This document shows, in pieces, positions 38,216 to 46,467 of a stretch of 64,000 bases of DNA (positions within the stretch are counted from its first letter, which is position 1; the number at the start of each line of letters is the position of its first letter). Source of the stretch: a virus. Its lineage: Duplodnaviria; Caudoviricetes. The notes below the pieces were generated by a model, which was not told where the DNA came from, searched no databases, and saw nothing but the letters and a program-made list of their open reading frames with translations. The DNA lies in the IMG/VR virus record IMGVR_UViG_3300017987_005501; one strand, written 5' to 3'. A program made the position numbers and the translations under genes.

Positions 38216-38800
38216 TTACTCCTTCTCAGGTTGTTTCTTCTGCTTCTTCAATTTCTTTAGTTGAGAAGCTGCAGCATCAAGATCATCTCCCTTACTTTCA
38301 GTACTCTTAATCTTAAGATGTGATTTTACTCCTGAACCGTCGGGACTAAAATCAGGGATGTACCGATCTTCTTCTTTAACCTTTGAAGAAGAATTTTTAC
38401 TTTCAGAACCTTGTTCAATAATAATTTTACCTTCTTGCTTCTCCAAAACCTCTAATTGTTTTTGTAATATTTCTAGTTGGGATTTATTATGGACCTCGCT
38501 GAGTTGCTTAAGCTCTTCAATTTTATCAGCGAGGGCATCAGTTGAAAGTTGTTGGAGAGCAGTGAGATCAATTTGAGGTTGTGCGTTTTTCTCTGTAACT
38601 TCCTTCAATTCTTGAAGCCTTGTATCTAATATATCTTTTAAGCTATTAATTAACTCTGTATTTAAATTTTCTGTGGGCTTTTCTTGATTTGGTTGTGTTG
38701 GCATTGCTTGATTTGGGTCTCCACGATATGCCAACGAACGAATTCGTAAATGTTGTTCGTTAACTTTTCTTTGGTGTTCTTTGGCTGGTTCTTTGCGCAT
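38216..38800 (-). CDS. Hypothetical coiled-coil protein
   Basis: 194-aa ORF, Gln/Glu/Lys-rich helices. Confidence 0.65.
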   Translation of the reverse strand: MRKEPAKEHQRKVNEQHLRIRSLAYRGDPNQAMPTQPNQEKPTENLNTELINSLKDILDTRLQELKEVTEKNAQPQIDLTALQQLSTDALADKIEELKQLSEVHNKSQLEILQKQLEVLEKQEGKIIIEQGSESKNSSSKVKEEDRYIPDFSPDGSGVKSHLKIKSTESKGDDLDAAASQLKKLKKQKKQPEKE

Positions 38801-38862
38801 AATTTTAGCTACCTTAAGCTCAGGAATTATTACTTATACAGATTATAAACACATTATTCATA

Positions 38863-38892
38863 GAAAAAGCAGTCCTATTTGACTGCTTTTTC
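38863..38892 (-). terminator. Intrinsic terminator closing the small-gene/LTD cluster
   Basis: Perfect GAAAAAGCAGTC-CTATTT-GACTGCTTTTTC. Confidence 0.8.
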
Positions 38893-38918
38893 CTTAAAAC
38901 TACTGAGTTAGTAGAAAA

Positions 38919-39128
38919 TTAAACAACATTCTTTGGAGGAACTGTCCAGCCATTCTTTATATAAGGGCTTGTTCCTTGATTTGGGCGAGCCGCATCGATA
39001 CGGGCAACATTTTGTCCAATCGTGCGAACACTCTTGCCAACAAGATTTCTGCCATTTGCGCCGGATCCCGGGCGAAGAGCTACTTTACCAATGTCTAAAT
39101 TTCCACCACCATATAATGGGTATCCCAT
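38919..39128 (-). CDS. Small Gly/Arg/Asn-rich protein (69 aa)
   Basis: AGGAG RBS; last gene before the terminator. Confidence 0.7.
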   Translation of the reverse strand: MGYPLYGGGNLDIGKVALRPGSGANGRNLVGKSVRTIGQNVARIDAARPNQGTSPYIKNGWTVPPKNVV

Positions 39129-39142
39129 ATTATTCTCCTTTT

Positions 39143-39910
39143 TTATGTATTAGTCTGTCCTGGCTGATAGCCATATCTAAAATTCTGAATACCCCAATCT
39201 CTTAGTTGTTGAGGGGTAGCTTTTATTCTTGTCGTCTTGTTCCTAAACGGAAGACTTAGATTTTGATTTGTTGTATCTGGGGACGCAGGCTGAGGAGGAA
39301 TAGATTCCCAATCAGACTTTTTATTCGTGTCCCAAGCATTAATTCTTGCAGCACCAGAAGCAAATCCTGCTCCAATAGGGACTCCATCTGTTAGCCATTG
39401 TGCCCCGATTGGAATTGTTGGAAAACCGCCTCCACTAACTTCCATTGCCTGAATATTTGCAAAAGCAGTATTCCAGGTAACAAAGTCTTGAACGGCTCCG
39501 ACTGTATCGACAAGCATTGCCCAACCGACCCTATTGGCAGTCCAATTTATATTAGAGCCCCAATAGTCTGGACTTGCAATCTGGTCGTCCCAATAGTTAA
39601 TCTCATAAGGTTGAAGAATCCCTAATGTTTGAGTTACCGTGTTAGATTCATTAAGATCTGTTGATTCAGATAAAATTAATTGCCACCCAGTAGCATCAAA
39701 AGCTGCGGGAGTAACATTTTGAATTTCAATATAATCAGGATCTGTGTTAAATTCGGTAATTAAGATTGGGCTCGTATAAGCAATTTCCCTAGCCTGCATT
39801 CCGTTCTTTTCAGAAACTTGATATTGCGTGGAAGGTTGAGGCCGTTGCCCTCGGCCAGGTCTTGTTGTCACGTTAAATAAATTAAAGTTACTATTAAATA
39901 GTGTTCCCAT
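39143..39910 (-). CDS. Lamin-tail-domain (LTD, PF00932-like) protein, paralog B
   Basis: SPILITEFNTDPDYIEIQNVTPAAFDATGWQL fits the LTD pattern I.E...D[WY]IE[LI].N.....D..GW.L. Confidence 0.7.
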   Translation of the reverse strand: MGTLFNSNFNLFNVTTRPGRGQRPQPSTQYQVSEKNGMQAREIAYTSPILITEFNTDPDYIEIQNVTPAAFDATGWQLILSESTDLNESNTVTQTLGILQPYEINYWDDQIASPDYWGSNINWTANRVGWAMLVDTVGAVQDFVTWNTAFANIQAMEVSGGGFPTIPIGAQWLTDGVPIGAGFASGAARINAWDTNKKSDWESIPPQPASPDTTNQNLSLPFRNKTTRIKATPQQLRDWGIQNFRYGYQPGQTNT

Positions 39911-39912
39911 TT

Positions 39913-40665
39913 TTATATTCCAGTATGGTTTCTGAACGGAATTATTAATTCAGGATTTGTAACTCCAACTGAGCTTTCTGAAGCAGAATGAGAAACATCC
40001 CAATCAGATTTTTGATTCGTATCCAACGAATTAACACGTTTGATTCCGTAGTTACCTGATACTGTTGGAATCCCATCGGAAGACCATTGAGTTTCTGGAA
40101 CTGTAATCCCCACGAAAGCACCAACATTAATACTCATACCTCTAATATCTGATTCTGACCAACCCCAGGATACAAAATCCATCACATTTCCTAAAGCGTC
40201 AATAATCATTATCCACCCATTCCCAGCAGCAGACCAATTAATGTTATTACCCCAATAATTTGGATCAGGCGCATTATCAGACCAATAAAGTAAATCACCG
40301 GGCAATAGAGGAGTTATTGGCTTTGTAATAGCATTAACAAGGTTAATGTTCACTTGACTATTGGATAGAACTAACTGCCACCCCGGAATAATAAAGGGGC
40401 TTGGAGATATATTTTGAATTTCAACATAATCGGGGGTATCTATCACAGCCTCAGTTATTAAAATTGGACTTGTATAAGCAGTAACAGTTGAAGTAAAATG
40501 AGGAAAATTGTCTCTCCTATAATTCTGGGAATTATGGAAAGGTCTCTTTTCATCCATAAATCGAACAAATCTATGGATTCTTGCAGATTCTGTATCCTCT
40601 ATAGTCCCTTTTGGTTTTAATTTCCAAAAGGAGTTTAAGTCCTTATTAAATCCATAGTTTGCCAT
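39913..40665 (-). CDS. Lamin-tail-domain protein, paralog A, with N-terminal peptide shared with 40676..40900
   Basis: SPILITEAVIDTPDYVEIQNISPSPFIIPGWQL; collinear with 39143..39910 (YWG.NINW, GW.M..D..G.V.DFV.W, QW..DG.P). Confidence 0.7.
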   Translation of the reverse strand: MANYGFNKDLNSFWKLKPKGTIEDTESARIHRFVRFMDEKRPFHNSQNYRRDNFPHFTSTVTAYTSPILITEAVIDTPDYVEIQNISPSPFIIPGWQLVLSNSQVNINLVNAITKPITPLLPGDLLYWSDNAPDPNYWGNNINWSAAGNGWIMIIDALGNVMDFVSWGWSESDIRGMSINVGAFVGITVPETQWSSDGIPTVSGNYGIKRVNSLDTNQKSDWDVSHSASESSVGVTNPELIIPFRNHTGI

Positions 40666-40675
40666 TTAACACTCC

Positions 40676-40900
40676 TTAAACCGCTGGGTCGTATGGTGGT
40701 GTATAGTTAGGGTCGATAGGTGGAAAATTTCCACGGAGTAAGTTATCAGATGCCGCATACTTTGGACGACGGGCGTCATGGTAGATCACATGCTGAGTAA
40801 CTTGCCAATAGTTTCTAAATTTTCTTTCAGATGGGGTATTTCCGCTCCAGTTAAAAGCCTTGAAATACCCATGTAAGTCTCTTTGAAATCCATATGCCAT
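40676..40900 (-). CDS. Small protein (74 aa) homologous to the N-terminus of 39913..40665
   Basis: GAGGAG RBS; YGFQRDLHGYFK vs YGFNKDLNSFWK; RP...S.N..R.NFP in both. Confidence 0.75.
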   Translation of the reverse strand: MAYGFQRDLHGYFKAFNWSGNTPSERKFRNYWQVTQHVIYHDARRPKYAASDNLLRGNFPPIDPNYTPPYDPAV

Positions 40901-40923
40901 TTTATTCTCCTCGTTTATGGTGT

Positions 40924-41181
40924 TTAATATGGATGCTCTTCACAAGATTCACTTGTTCTGAGGTCCGGGTTGGTAGAGCAAGTTCTCCATGACCTTTTAG
41001 AAACTATTGCATAGTATGGGGAGGAATAGGGGATGCTATTAGCACCACAAGACCCATAACCCCACCTACTTGGAAAAGCAGGGTTTCTAAAAAAGTAATT
41101 TTTGAATTTGCGAGGCACTGAATCCTTATGGGATAAAAATCCTGGATGCAGCGGTTTTTCTCTTTGAAAGTTTGAGCCCAC
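40924..41181 (-). CDS. Small protein (85 aa, GTG start)
   Basis: GGAG RBS before GTG; NFQRE and RKFKNYF echo GFQRD and RKFRNYW of the next ORF. Confidence 0.6.
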   Translation of the reverse strand: MGSNFQREKPLHPGFLSHKDSVPRKFKNYFFRNPAFPSRWGYGSCGANSIPYSSPYYAIVSKRSWRTCSTNPDLRTSESCEEHPY

Positions 41182-41224
41182 AGTTATCTCCTGTAGAATA
41201 TATGATTCAAAAGTAATGCAAAAT

Positions 41225-41237
41225 TAATAGATTATTA
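41225..41237 (-). promoter_or_regulatory. Conserved intergenic motif copy (TAATAATCTATTA)
   Basis: Plus strand taatagattatta, 44 nt above the GTG at 41181. Confidence 0.65.
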
Positions 41238-41260
41238 GAAGCGAAACAGTTAAGTAATAT

Positions 41261-42316
41261 CTAGATTAGACTAAGGGAATCTTCGAAATGAGATAAAATA
41301 GTATCAATATCTTTTTTGGAGAGGATTAAGGGAAAATGAAACCTAACGAGGATGTTATTAAAGGTATTGACCAAAATCTGATTTTTCTTAAAAATATTAG
41401 ATAAAGAAGTGGTATTTTCCCGTCTAAAACTGATAGAAAAATAGAAGCCCCAATTTTTAATTTCTAAAATCTTTTTGGATCTTTTCTTAATTAGATCGAG
41501 TCTTTTTCTTATATAAAGATTTAAGTCAGATACATTTTTTAAGTATTTTTGTTGTTCGTTTAATAATTCATAGGCCCGCAAATAATCAAGGTCCCAAGAA
41601 GTTTTATTTATAAATTCTAGATTTAAATTAGAAGAAATCCCTGATAAGTTAGGGAGAACTTTAAAAATAACTAAGTGAGGATAAAGTTCTAAGCCTTGGC
41701 AAATGAATGGAGTCCCCGTTTGCCCGCAATAAAAATTACTCTCATCAAAAATTAATAAAGTTTGGTATTGGTCGCAAAGTTTCTTAAGTTTTTTTAGAAA
41801 ATTAAACCTAAAGGATAAGTCCCTTTCAAAAGTTTGGATGGGGTTTAAAATAAAGGCAGCTACGTTTACAGAATTCAACTTGAAAAGGGTCTCAATCCTA
41901 TCTAATACCTCGTTTTCTGAGTCGGTATTGGGTTCTGGAGGAGAGGTAGAAATTGCATTATAATCTTCTTGTAATTTAGAATGTTTCGAATTCGTAAAAT
42001 AAAAGATTTTCGGGCTTAAGTCCCTAAACCCTAATTTAGAAGCCATTCTTTTTTTGTACCTAATAGAAGATTTAATAGCCGATTCAAGAGCAATATCTGT
42101 ATTATTAAACAAAACGGTTTCTCTAAAAGATTTTGGGATTTGGGACTTCCAAAAGCTTAAAAATATATCTTTGATATTGCTTTTCGAGGTGGGGGCAGTA
42201 AAAATTAAATCATTAAACTTATTTTCTAGTTTTTTTAAATTGGGATTATTATCCCCCAGAGGGAGTGGAGAACAGAAATTGTAATTTGATTCGGAATTAA
42301 GTTTTTTATCACTCAT
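41261..42316 (-). CDS. Degenerate class III PLP aminotransferase (L-lysine 6-aminotransferase-like); likely start MSDKK at 42316
   Basis: IALESAIKSS, VAAFILNPIQ, LKKLCDQYQTLLIFDE, CGQTGT, LYPHLVIFK align with AVENALKAA, IACFIAEPIQ, LCDE..ALLIFDEVQTG, PDIVAFGKK; GGAG RBS before 42316. Confidence 0.7.
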   Translation of the reverse strand: MSDKKLNSESNYNFCSPLPLGDNNPNLKKLENKFNDLIFTAPTSKSNIKDIFLSFWKSQIPKSFRETVLFNNTDIALESAIKSSIRYKKRMASKLGFRDLSPKIFYFTNSKHSKLQEDYNAISTSPPEPNTDSENEVLDRIETLFKLNSVNVAAFILNPIQTFERDLSFRFNFLKKLKKLCDQYQTLLIFDESNFYCGQTGTPFICQGLELYPHLVIFKVLPNLSGISSNLNLEFINKTSWDLDYLRAYELLNEQQKYLKNVSDLNLYIRKRLDLIKKRSKKILEIKNWGFYFSISFRRENTTSLSNIFKKNQILVNTFNNILVRFHFPLILSKKDIDTILSHFEDSLSLI

Positions 42317-42326
42317 AAAGGTCTCC

Positions 42327-43103
42327 ATGCTAACAGGGTCTTACTATTCTTACTCCCGCCTAAATTCCTTCGTGACCTGCCCCTACCAATTTAAGTTAAA
42401 ATATATTGATGGGCTTGACACTAAGCAGTCTATTGAAGCTTATATGGGCTCTAACGTACATTATACTTTAGAATATTTATACAAAGAACTTCTTGAAAAG
42501 AAACCATGCCCAAGTTTAAAAGACCTCCTAATATATTATAAACAACAATGGGAAGATAATTGGGAAGATTCCATTTTTATTATTAGAGATAAGTCTAAGA
42601 CATACTATTACCGCCTTGGGCAACATTGCATTAAATTTTATTATAATGTATACCAACCCTTTGAAGAGAAAACGCTGGGGATTGAATACGAGGTTGACTT
42701 TAAGCTTAAAGGTTATAGGGTAAAGGGGTATATCGATCGTTTGGTTGAAAAAGATGGGAATATACTAGAAATTATAGATTATAAAACCGGGAGGGTCTTC
42801 CCGACTAAAAAAGAGTTTAAGGAAAACCTACAACTAGCATTATACCAATTAAAGATCCAAAAAGAATTTCCCGATAAAAAGATTTACCTTGTTTGGCATT
42901 ATCTTCAAAGAAAAAGAACGGTTAGATTATTTAAGAAACCTAAAGAACTCTTAGAAGCCAAAGAAAAATTCTTAGCAACGATTAAGCAACTTGAAAATAC
43001 AAAAGTATTTCCCCCTAAAAAATCTTTCTTATGCGCTTGGTGCTCTTTTAAGGATTCTTGTCCCGTGTATACTTTTCAAGGGATTCAAAAGTGTTCTTTT
43101 TAA
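42327..43103 (+). CDS. PD-(D/E)XK RecB/Cas4-like exonuclease with four-Cys (Fe-S staple) motif
   Basis: YSYSRL...CPYQF, GSNVH..LE, GYIDRL...IIDYKTG, QLALY, CAWCSFKDSC. Confidence 0.9.
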   Translation: MLTGSYYSYSRLNSFVTCPYQFKLKYIDGLDTKQSIEAYMGSNVHYTLEYLYKELLEKKPCPSLKDLLIYYKQQWEDNWEDSIFIIRDKSKTYYYRLGQHCIKFYYNVYQPFEEKTLGIEYEVDFKLKGYRVKGYIDRLVEKDGNILEIIDYKTGRVFPTKKEFKENLQLALYQLKIQKEFPDKKIYLVWHYLQRKRTVRLFKKPKELLEAKEKFLATIKQLENTKVFPPKKSFLCAWCSFKDSCPVYTFQGIQKCSF

Positions 43104-43942
43104 AGGGTACCAGTTACTTTAATCCTATGAGTATGTTTTCCCTCAACCCCATCAGCTGGAAATACAATACCCCCTTTTACCTCGTGCTTATGCGTATATG
43201 GGGATTGAATCCCATTCCCAACATTAAATGCTTCTAGAAACCCATCGCCTACTTGATTAAGGTAAGCATCGATATGTGTATGGGAAAAAATTTGTAACTC
43301 ATCAACCCCAGGCTTTGCTTCCGTTGAATCATATAATCCAGTTAAAAATCGATGGATTGAATGGGTATGGAATTCTTCTAACCTCTGTCCATTTCTTTCA
43401 GCAGGACCAACATAAACCCCATCAACTATATGGTAATGTTCGTTCGAGCCGCAGGCATCAAACAAAGAGGTTGACCCTCTTCCCGATAAGTTTGGAACTA
43501 CCAAATGGAAATGTTCTGTAATCCTATCGTTTCCAATAACCCCACCTGTTAGGTATTCCCTTTTTTCAGACTTAAAAATTCTATAAATTTTAGATTCAAT
43601 GTTTGCAGCAATCCCATAGTTTGCAAGAACTGCTGTTATTAAGTCATTTAATTTTTCAACCTCTTTAGGGCGAGGCCCAAGTTTAGCTTTTTGTTTCTCT
43701 AAGAAATTTGTGTTATATGAAACTGTTTTAAATATTAGAGTATATCTTTCTAGTGAGGTTTCCACCTCTAGGCTTGACTCAATAGGGACAAGCCCATTCT
43801 TCTTTAATTCCAGCCTCAAGGCCTCTTCTAAAACCTTAAATGAAAATTCTTTTTCTAAGTCAAAAAGAGAGCTGATCTCGCTTGGGTAGGCAAGACCAGC
43901 TACTGTTTTTGTTTCATATATTTTAAGTGGTTTAGTCCCCAT
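43100..43942 (-). CDS. Hypothetical protein with six H-x-H repeats in its C-terminal half
   Basis: EHFHL, EHYHI, FHTHS, SHTHI, THKHE, KHTHR. Confidence 0.7.
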   Translation of the reverse strand: MGTKPLKIYETKTVAGLAYPSEISSLFDLEKEFSFKVLEEALRLELKKNGLVPIESSLEVETSLERYTLIFKTVSYNTNFLEKQKAKLGPRPKEVEKLNDLITAVLANYGIAANIESKIYRIFKSEKREYLTGGVIGNDRITEHFHLVVPNLSGRGSTSLFDACGSNEHYHIVDGVYVGPAERNGQRLEEFHTHSIHRFLTGLYDSTEAKPGVDELQIFSHTHIDAYLNQVGDGFLEAFNVGNGIQSPYTHKHEVKGGIVFPADGVEGKHTHRIKVTGTL

Positions 43943-45458
43943 TAGTCCCTATAAACCTTGTTGAAGGCCGAACCGCTCCCCGGTCAAAAACAAGTTGTTG
44001 CATTGACCTGTCCCCTTGTTGGGAAGAGCTAAATTGTCGGCAATCCTCTGCATATTGTAAAATAAGGAAATCTTTTAATTCCCCTATTGTTATTATACCA
44101 TTAGAGTCCAAATCTGCAGCACCATTAACTGCCCTTCTGAAAAATAGTGAAAGGTATCCACCAGCTCTAAATCTACTAGCCACTAAGGAAGTCATGTCCT
44201 CTTCTGAAGAGAAAAATCCAACTCTATTAGGGGCAGATATGACATCCCTACTGAAACCACCAGCAAAACAAGCATCTAAGACAATTAGCTTCAAGGCATC
44301 GTCATTTAATGTTCCAAATAAATCGTTCATTTCATCGTCTGAGACGGGACCACCTGGAGTATGTAATGTTTCTTGTCTTCGATCGATTTCATCTTCGTAC
44401 CGAGAATTTTCACTCGAGCGACTTCCATGCCCGGAATAAAAAAAGATAAAAATATCATTGGAATCCACCTGCTCGCTCATAGTCTCAAAGGCATTACGAA
44501 TACTTGTTGGGGAACATTCTCGGTCCAAGAGTAATATCATTTGATTTTCCGCCATTAAATCCTGATTAAGGTAAGCTTGAGCCAACTCTTCCGCGTCTTC
44601 TCTACAATACCTTAAGTTTCCCCATCCACCGTAGTCATTACAACCGCAAAAAATACCATAATAAGTAATATCGCTTGGCAAAATTTCATTTGTTCTTGCT
44701 TCGATTGTTAAGGTATAAGGACCTACTTCATGTGCATAGGAAGTACAGGAGATTCTATAGACTGCGTAACGGGGTAACAATTCAATCCGGGAATTAGTTG
44801 CTTCAAAATCATCATTTTCGACCGAGAACTCTTCCGCTTCTAGCTTTAGGTAACAATCAATTTCATCCGATTCCATCGTAATAATATATCGTAGGTCAGC
44901 CGAAACAACCAAGTCGTAGTAGTCTACAAACTTATTTTCGTTAATAATATCCGTTTCTGTTAACTCCCCTTCAAAAATTCCAGGCTCTTCAATCCTGATT
45001 ATTTCCGGTTCGGATGGAAGTTCGGGGGCACTCAATGTTAAGGTATAGGTACCAGTTGTTTCTTTTTTAAAGGTGGTTACAATAATATAATAGTTTCCAG
45101 TAATTTCTGCAATAAAATCTAATTCAGAGTCCCGGTTAAAAAGGCCGATGTCGTCGTTTTCAAAATAAGTGTCTTCTGGGCCTTCTATTTTTAGGAAAGT
45201 ATCAAACTCATTACTTTCCAGCCTAACAGAACATGTTTGATCTTCTTTTAATGAAAAAGAATAATATTTATAATATTTCTCTTCTTCCTGCGCACAAGAT
45301 TCATCAAGGGCATCTTCTATAACCGCCCCGTTTTCAATTTCTATAGGTAACCCTCTTGATCCTTCCAAGGGTGGGGCAGGTTCTATTGATTGTGCGTTAG
45401 CTATAGATACAAAAGAAATAAGAAATAAGACGAGAATGGGGGACTTAAATTTAAACAT
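43932..45458 (-). CDS. Signal-peptide-bearing caspase-family (peptidase C14) protease with two PPC-like domains (508 aa; start reassigned to 45458)
   Basis: AGGAGG RBS before MFKFKSPILVLFLISFVSIANA; two Y......ESNEFDTFL....ENDD PPC-like domains; YGIFCGCNDY, FFYSGHGS (His) and IVLDACFAGG (Cys). Confidence 0.85.
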   Translation of the reverse strand: MFKFKSPILVLFLISFVSIANAQSIEPAPPLEGSRGLPIEIENGAVIEDALDESCAQEEEKYYKYYSFSLKEDQTCSVRLESNEFDTFLKIEGPEDTYFENDDIGLFNRDSELDFIAEITGNYYIIVTTFKKETTGTYTLTLSAPELPSEPEIIRIEEPGIFEGELTETDIINENKFVDYYDLVVSADLRYIITMESDEIDCYLKLEAEEFSVENDDFEATNSRIELLPRYAVYRISCTSYAHEVGPYTLTIEARTNEILPSDITYYGIFCGCNDYGGWGNLRYCREDAEELAQAYLNQDLMAENQMILLLDRECSPTSIRNAFETMSEQVDSNDIFIFFYSGHGSRSSENSRYEDEIDRRQETLHTPGGPVSDDEMNDLFGTLNDDALKLIVLDACFAGGFSRDVISAPNRVGFFSSEEDMTSLVASRFRAGGYLSLFFRRAVNGAADLDSNGIITIGELKDFLILQYAEDCRQFSSSQQGDRSMQQLVFDRGAVRPSTRFIGTNGD

Positions 45459-45489
45459 ATAACCTCCTAGGGGTTTAATAAAGAAGGGT

Positions 45490-45933
45490 TTAAGCGCAGC
45501 TACAAACTTCTCCACCACAAATGGGGCAGAGAGTTTCGGCTTCTGCTGGTTTCCCTTCAAGGTGGGAGAGTGGTTCTTCTAAGTGTTCTGGGAATTCTTC
45601 AACTTCGTGTTGTTCGATTAATCCTACCAGTTCCTCTACTAGAGGCTGCTCCCAAACAACACCATAATTATTGAGAACATTAATAACCCTAGACTGGAGT
45701 TCGTAAATTTCAGAGTCTCCTTCCATTTCCATAACTTGTCCACAACCTTGGCCTTTACCTGGGCCAGCACCCTGACCATGTGGGCCCGTTTGGTCTCTGA
45801 TAAAGTCTGGGGTTGCTATAGGAAGAGGAGCTGGCATTTCTGGAACCATAATATCTCCAGTAAGCCCATAGTTGGCTTCGAGTTCTGTTGCAACACGAAG
45901 AAGCATGTTTGAAAGTTTTCTCTTATTATCCAT
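45490..45933 (-). CDS. Hypothetical protein with C-terminal CPIC..CSC
   Basis: 147 aa; motif copy 55 nt upstream; LLRVATELEA helix. Confidence 0.65.
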   Translation of the reverse strand: MDNKRKLSNMLLRVATELEANYGLTGDIMVPEMPAPLPIATPDFIRDQTGPHGQGAGPGKGQGCGQVMEMEGDSEIYELQSRVINVLNNYGVVWEQPLVEELVGLIEQHEVEEFPEHLEEPLSHLEGKPAEAETLCPICGGEVCSCA

Positions 45934-45987
45934 GATTTTCCTTTACCTATGAGAATTGTCGAATTAATCTCATTAGGTACTAATTAT

Positions 45988-46000
45988 TAATGGATTATTA
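45988..46000 (-). promoter_or_regulatory. Conserved intergenic motif copy (TAATAATCCATTA)
   Basis: Plus strand taatggattatta, exact copy. Confidence 0.7.
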
Positions 46001-46020
46001 GATTGTTCAAAGGGAAGGAG

Positions 46021-46344
46021 TTAACTACCTTCCGATTCTTTTTTTAAGGCTTCCCGCAACTTTTGAAGCCGATGTTCTGCCTTCTTTCGAGACTCTTTTT
46101 CAGTTTCGAAGGTAGATTCTAGTTTAACGTTTTGTTCCCGTTGTTCTTCAAGTTCTCGCTTACGCATTAGAAGGGTAATCTCAAGTTCTCGGATTTTATT
46201 ATCCTTAGTGGAACTTTCGGCCTCAACCTTTTTCCTTTGATTTGCGTGATATTTTCGTAAAATACCAAAAATAACTGCAAGAACCATACTTAAAATCTCA
46301 ATTAGTAAACGGAAGACTTCAGAATATGATTCGCTGGGTAGCAT
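46021..46344 (-). CDS. Single-TM coiled-coil membrane protein (holin/spanin-like architecture)
   Basis: Hydrophobic LLIEILSMVLAVIFGIL followed by a charged coiled coil; GGAGG RBS; function inferred from architecture only. Confidence 0.5.
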   Translation of the reverse strand: MLPSESYSEVFRLLIEILSMVLAVIFGILRKYHANQRKKVEAESSTKDNKIRELEITLLMRKRELEEQREQNVKLESTFETEKESRKKAEHRLQKLREALKKESEGS

Positions 46345-46411
46345 TGAGGGTGCCTCCTTGCAGATTTCAACTTAAATATTTTTTTCAATCGTTACACTTT
46401 ATGGAAGATAA

Positions 46412-46424
46412 TAATAGATTATTC
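46412..46424 (-). promoter_or_regulatory. Conserved intergenic motif copy (GAATAATCTATTA)
   Basis: Plus strand taatagattattc, 68 nt above the ATG at 46344. Confidence 0.5.
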
Positions 46425-46467
46425 TATTTTAATCTCCCTATAATATATACGGAAAAAACAGAAGGAT

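Noticed and set aside
42327-43103. Cas4-like gene as part of a CRISPR-Cas system
   Set aside because: No repeat-spacer array or other cas genes seen in the window; solo PD-(D/E)XK nucleases are common in viruses.
45459-45560. Extended caspase N-terminus (MKGNQQ...) from the ORF track
   Set aside because: Overlaps the 45490 gene; a strong AGGAGG RBS and signal peptide support the ATG at 45458.
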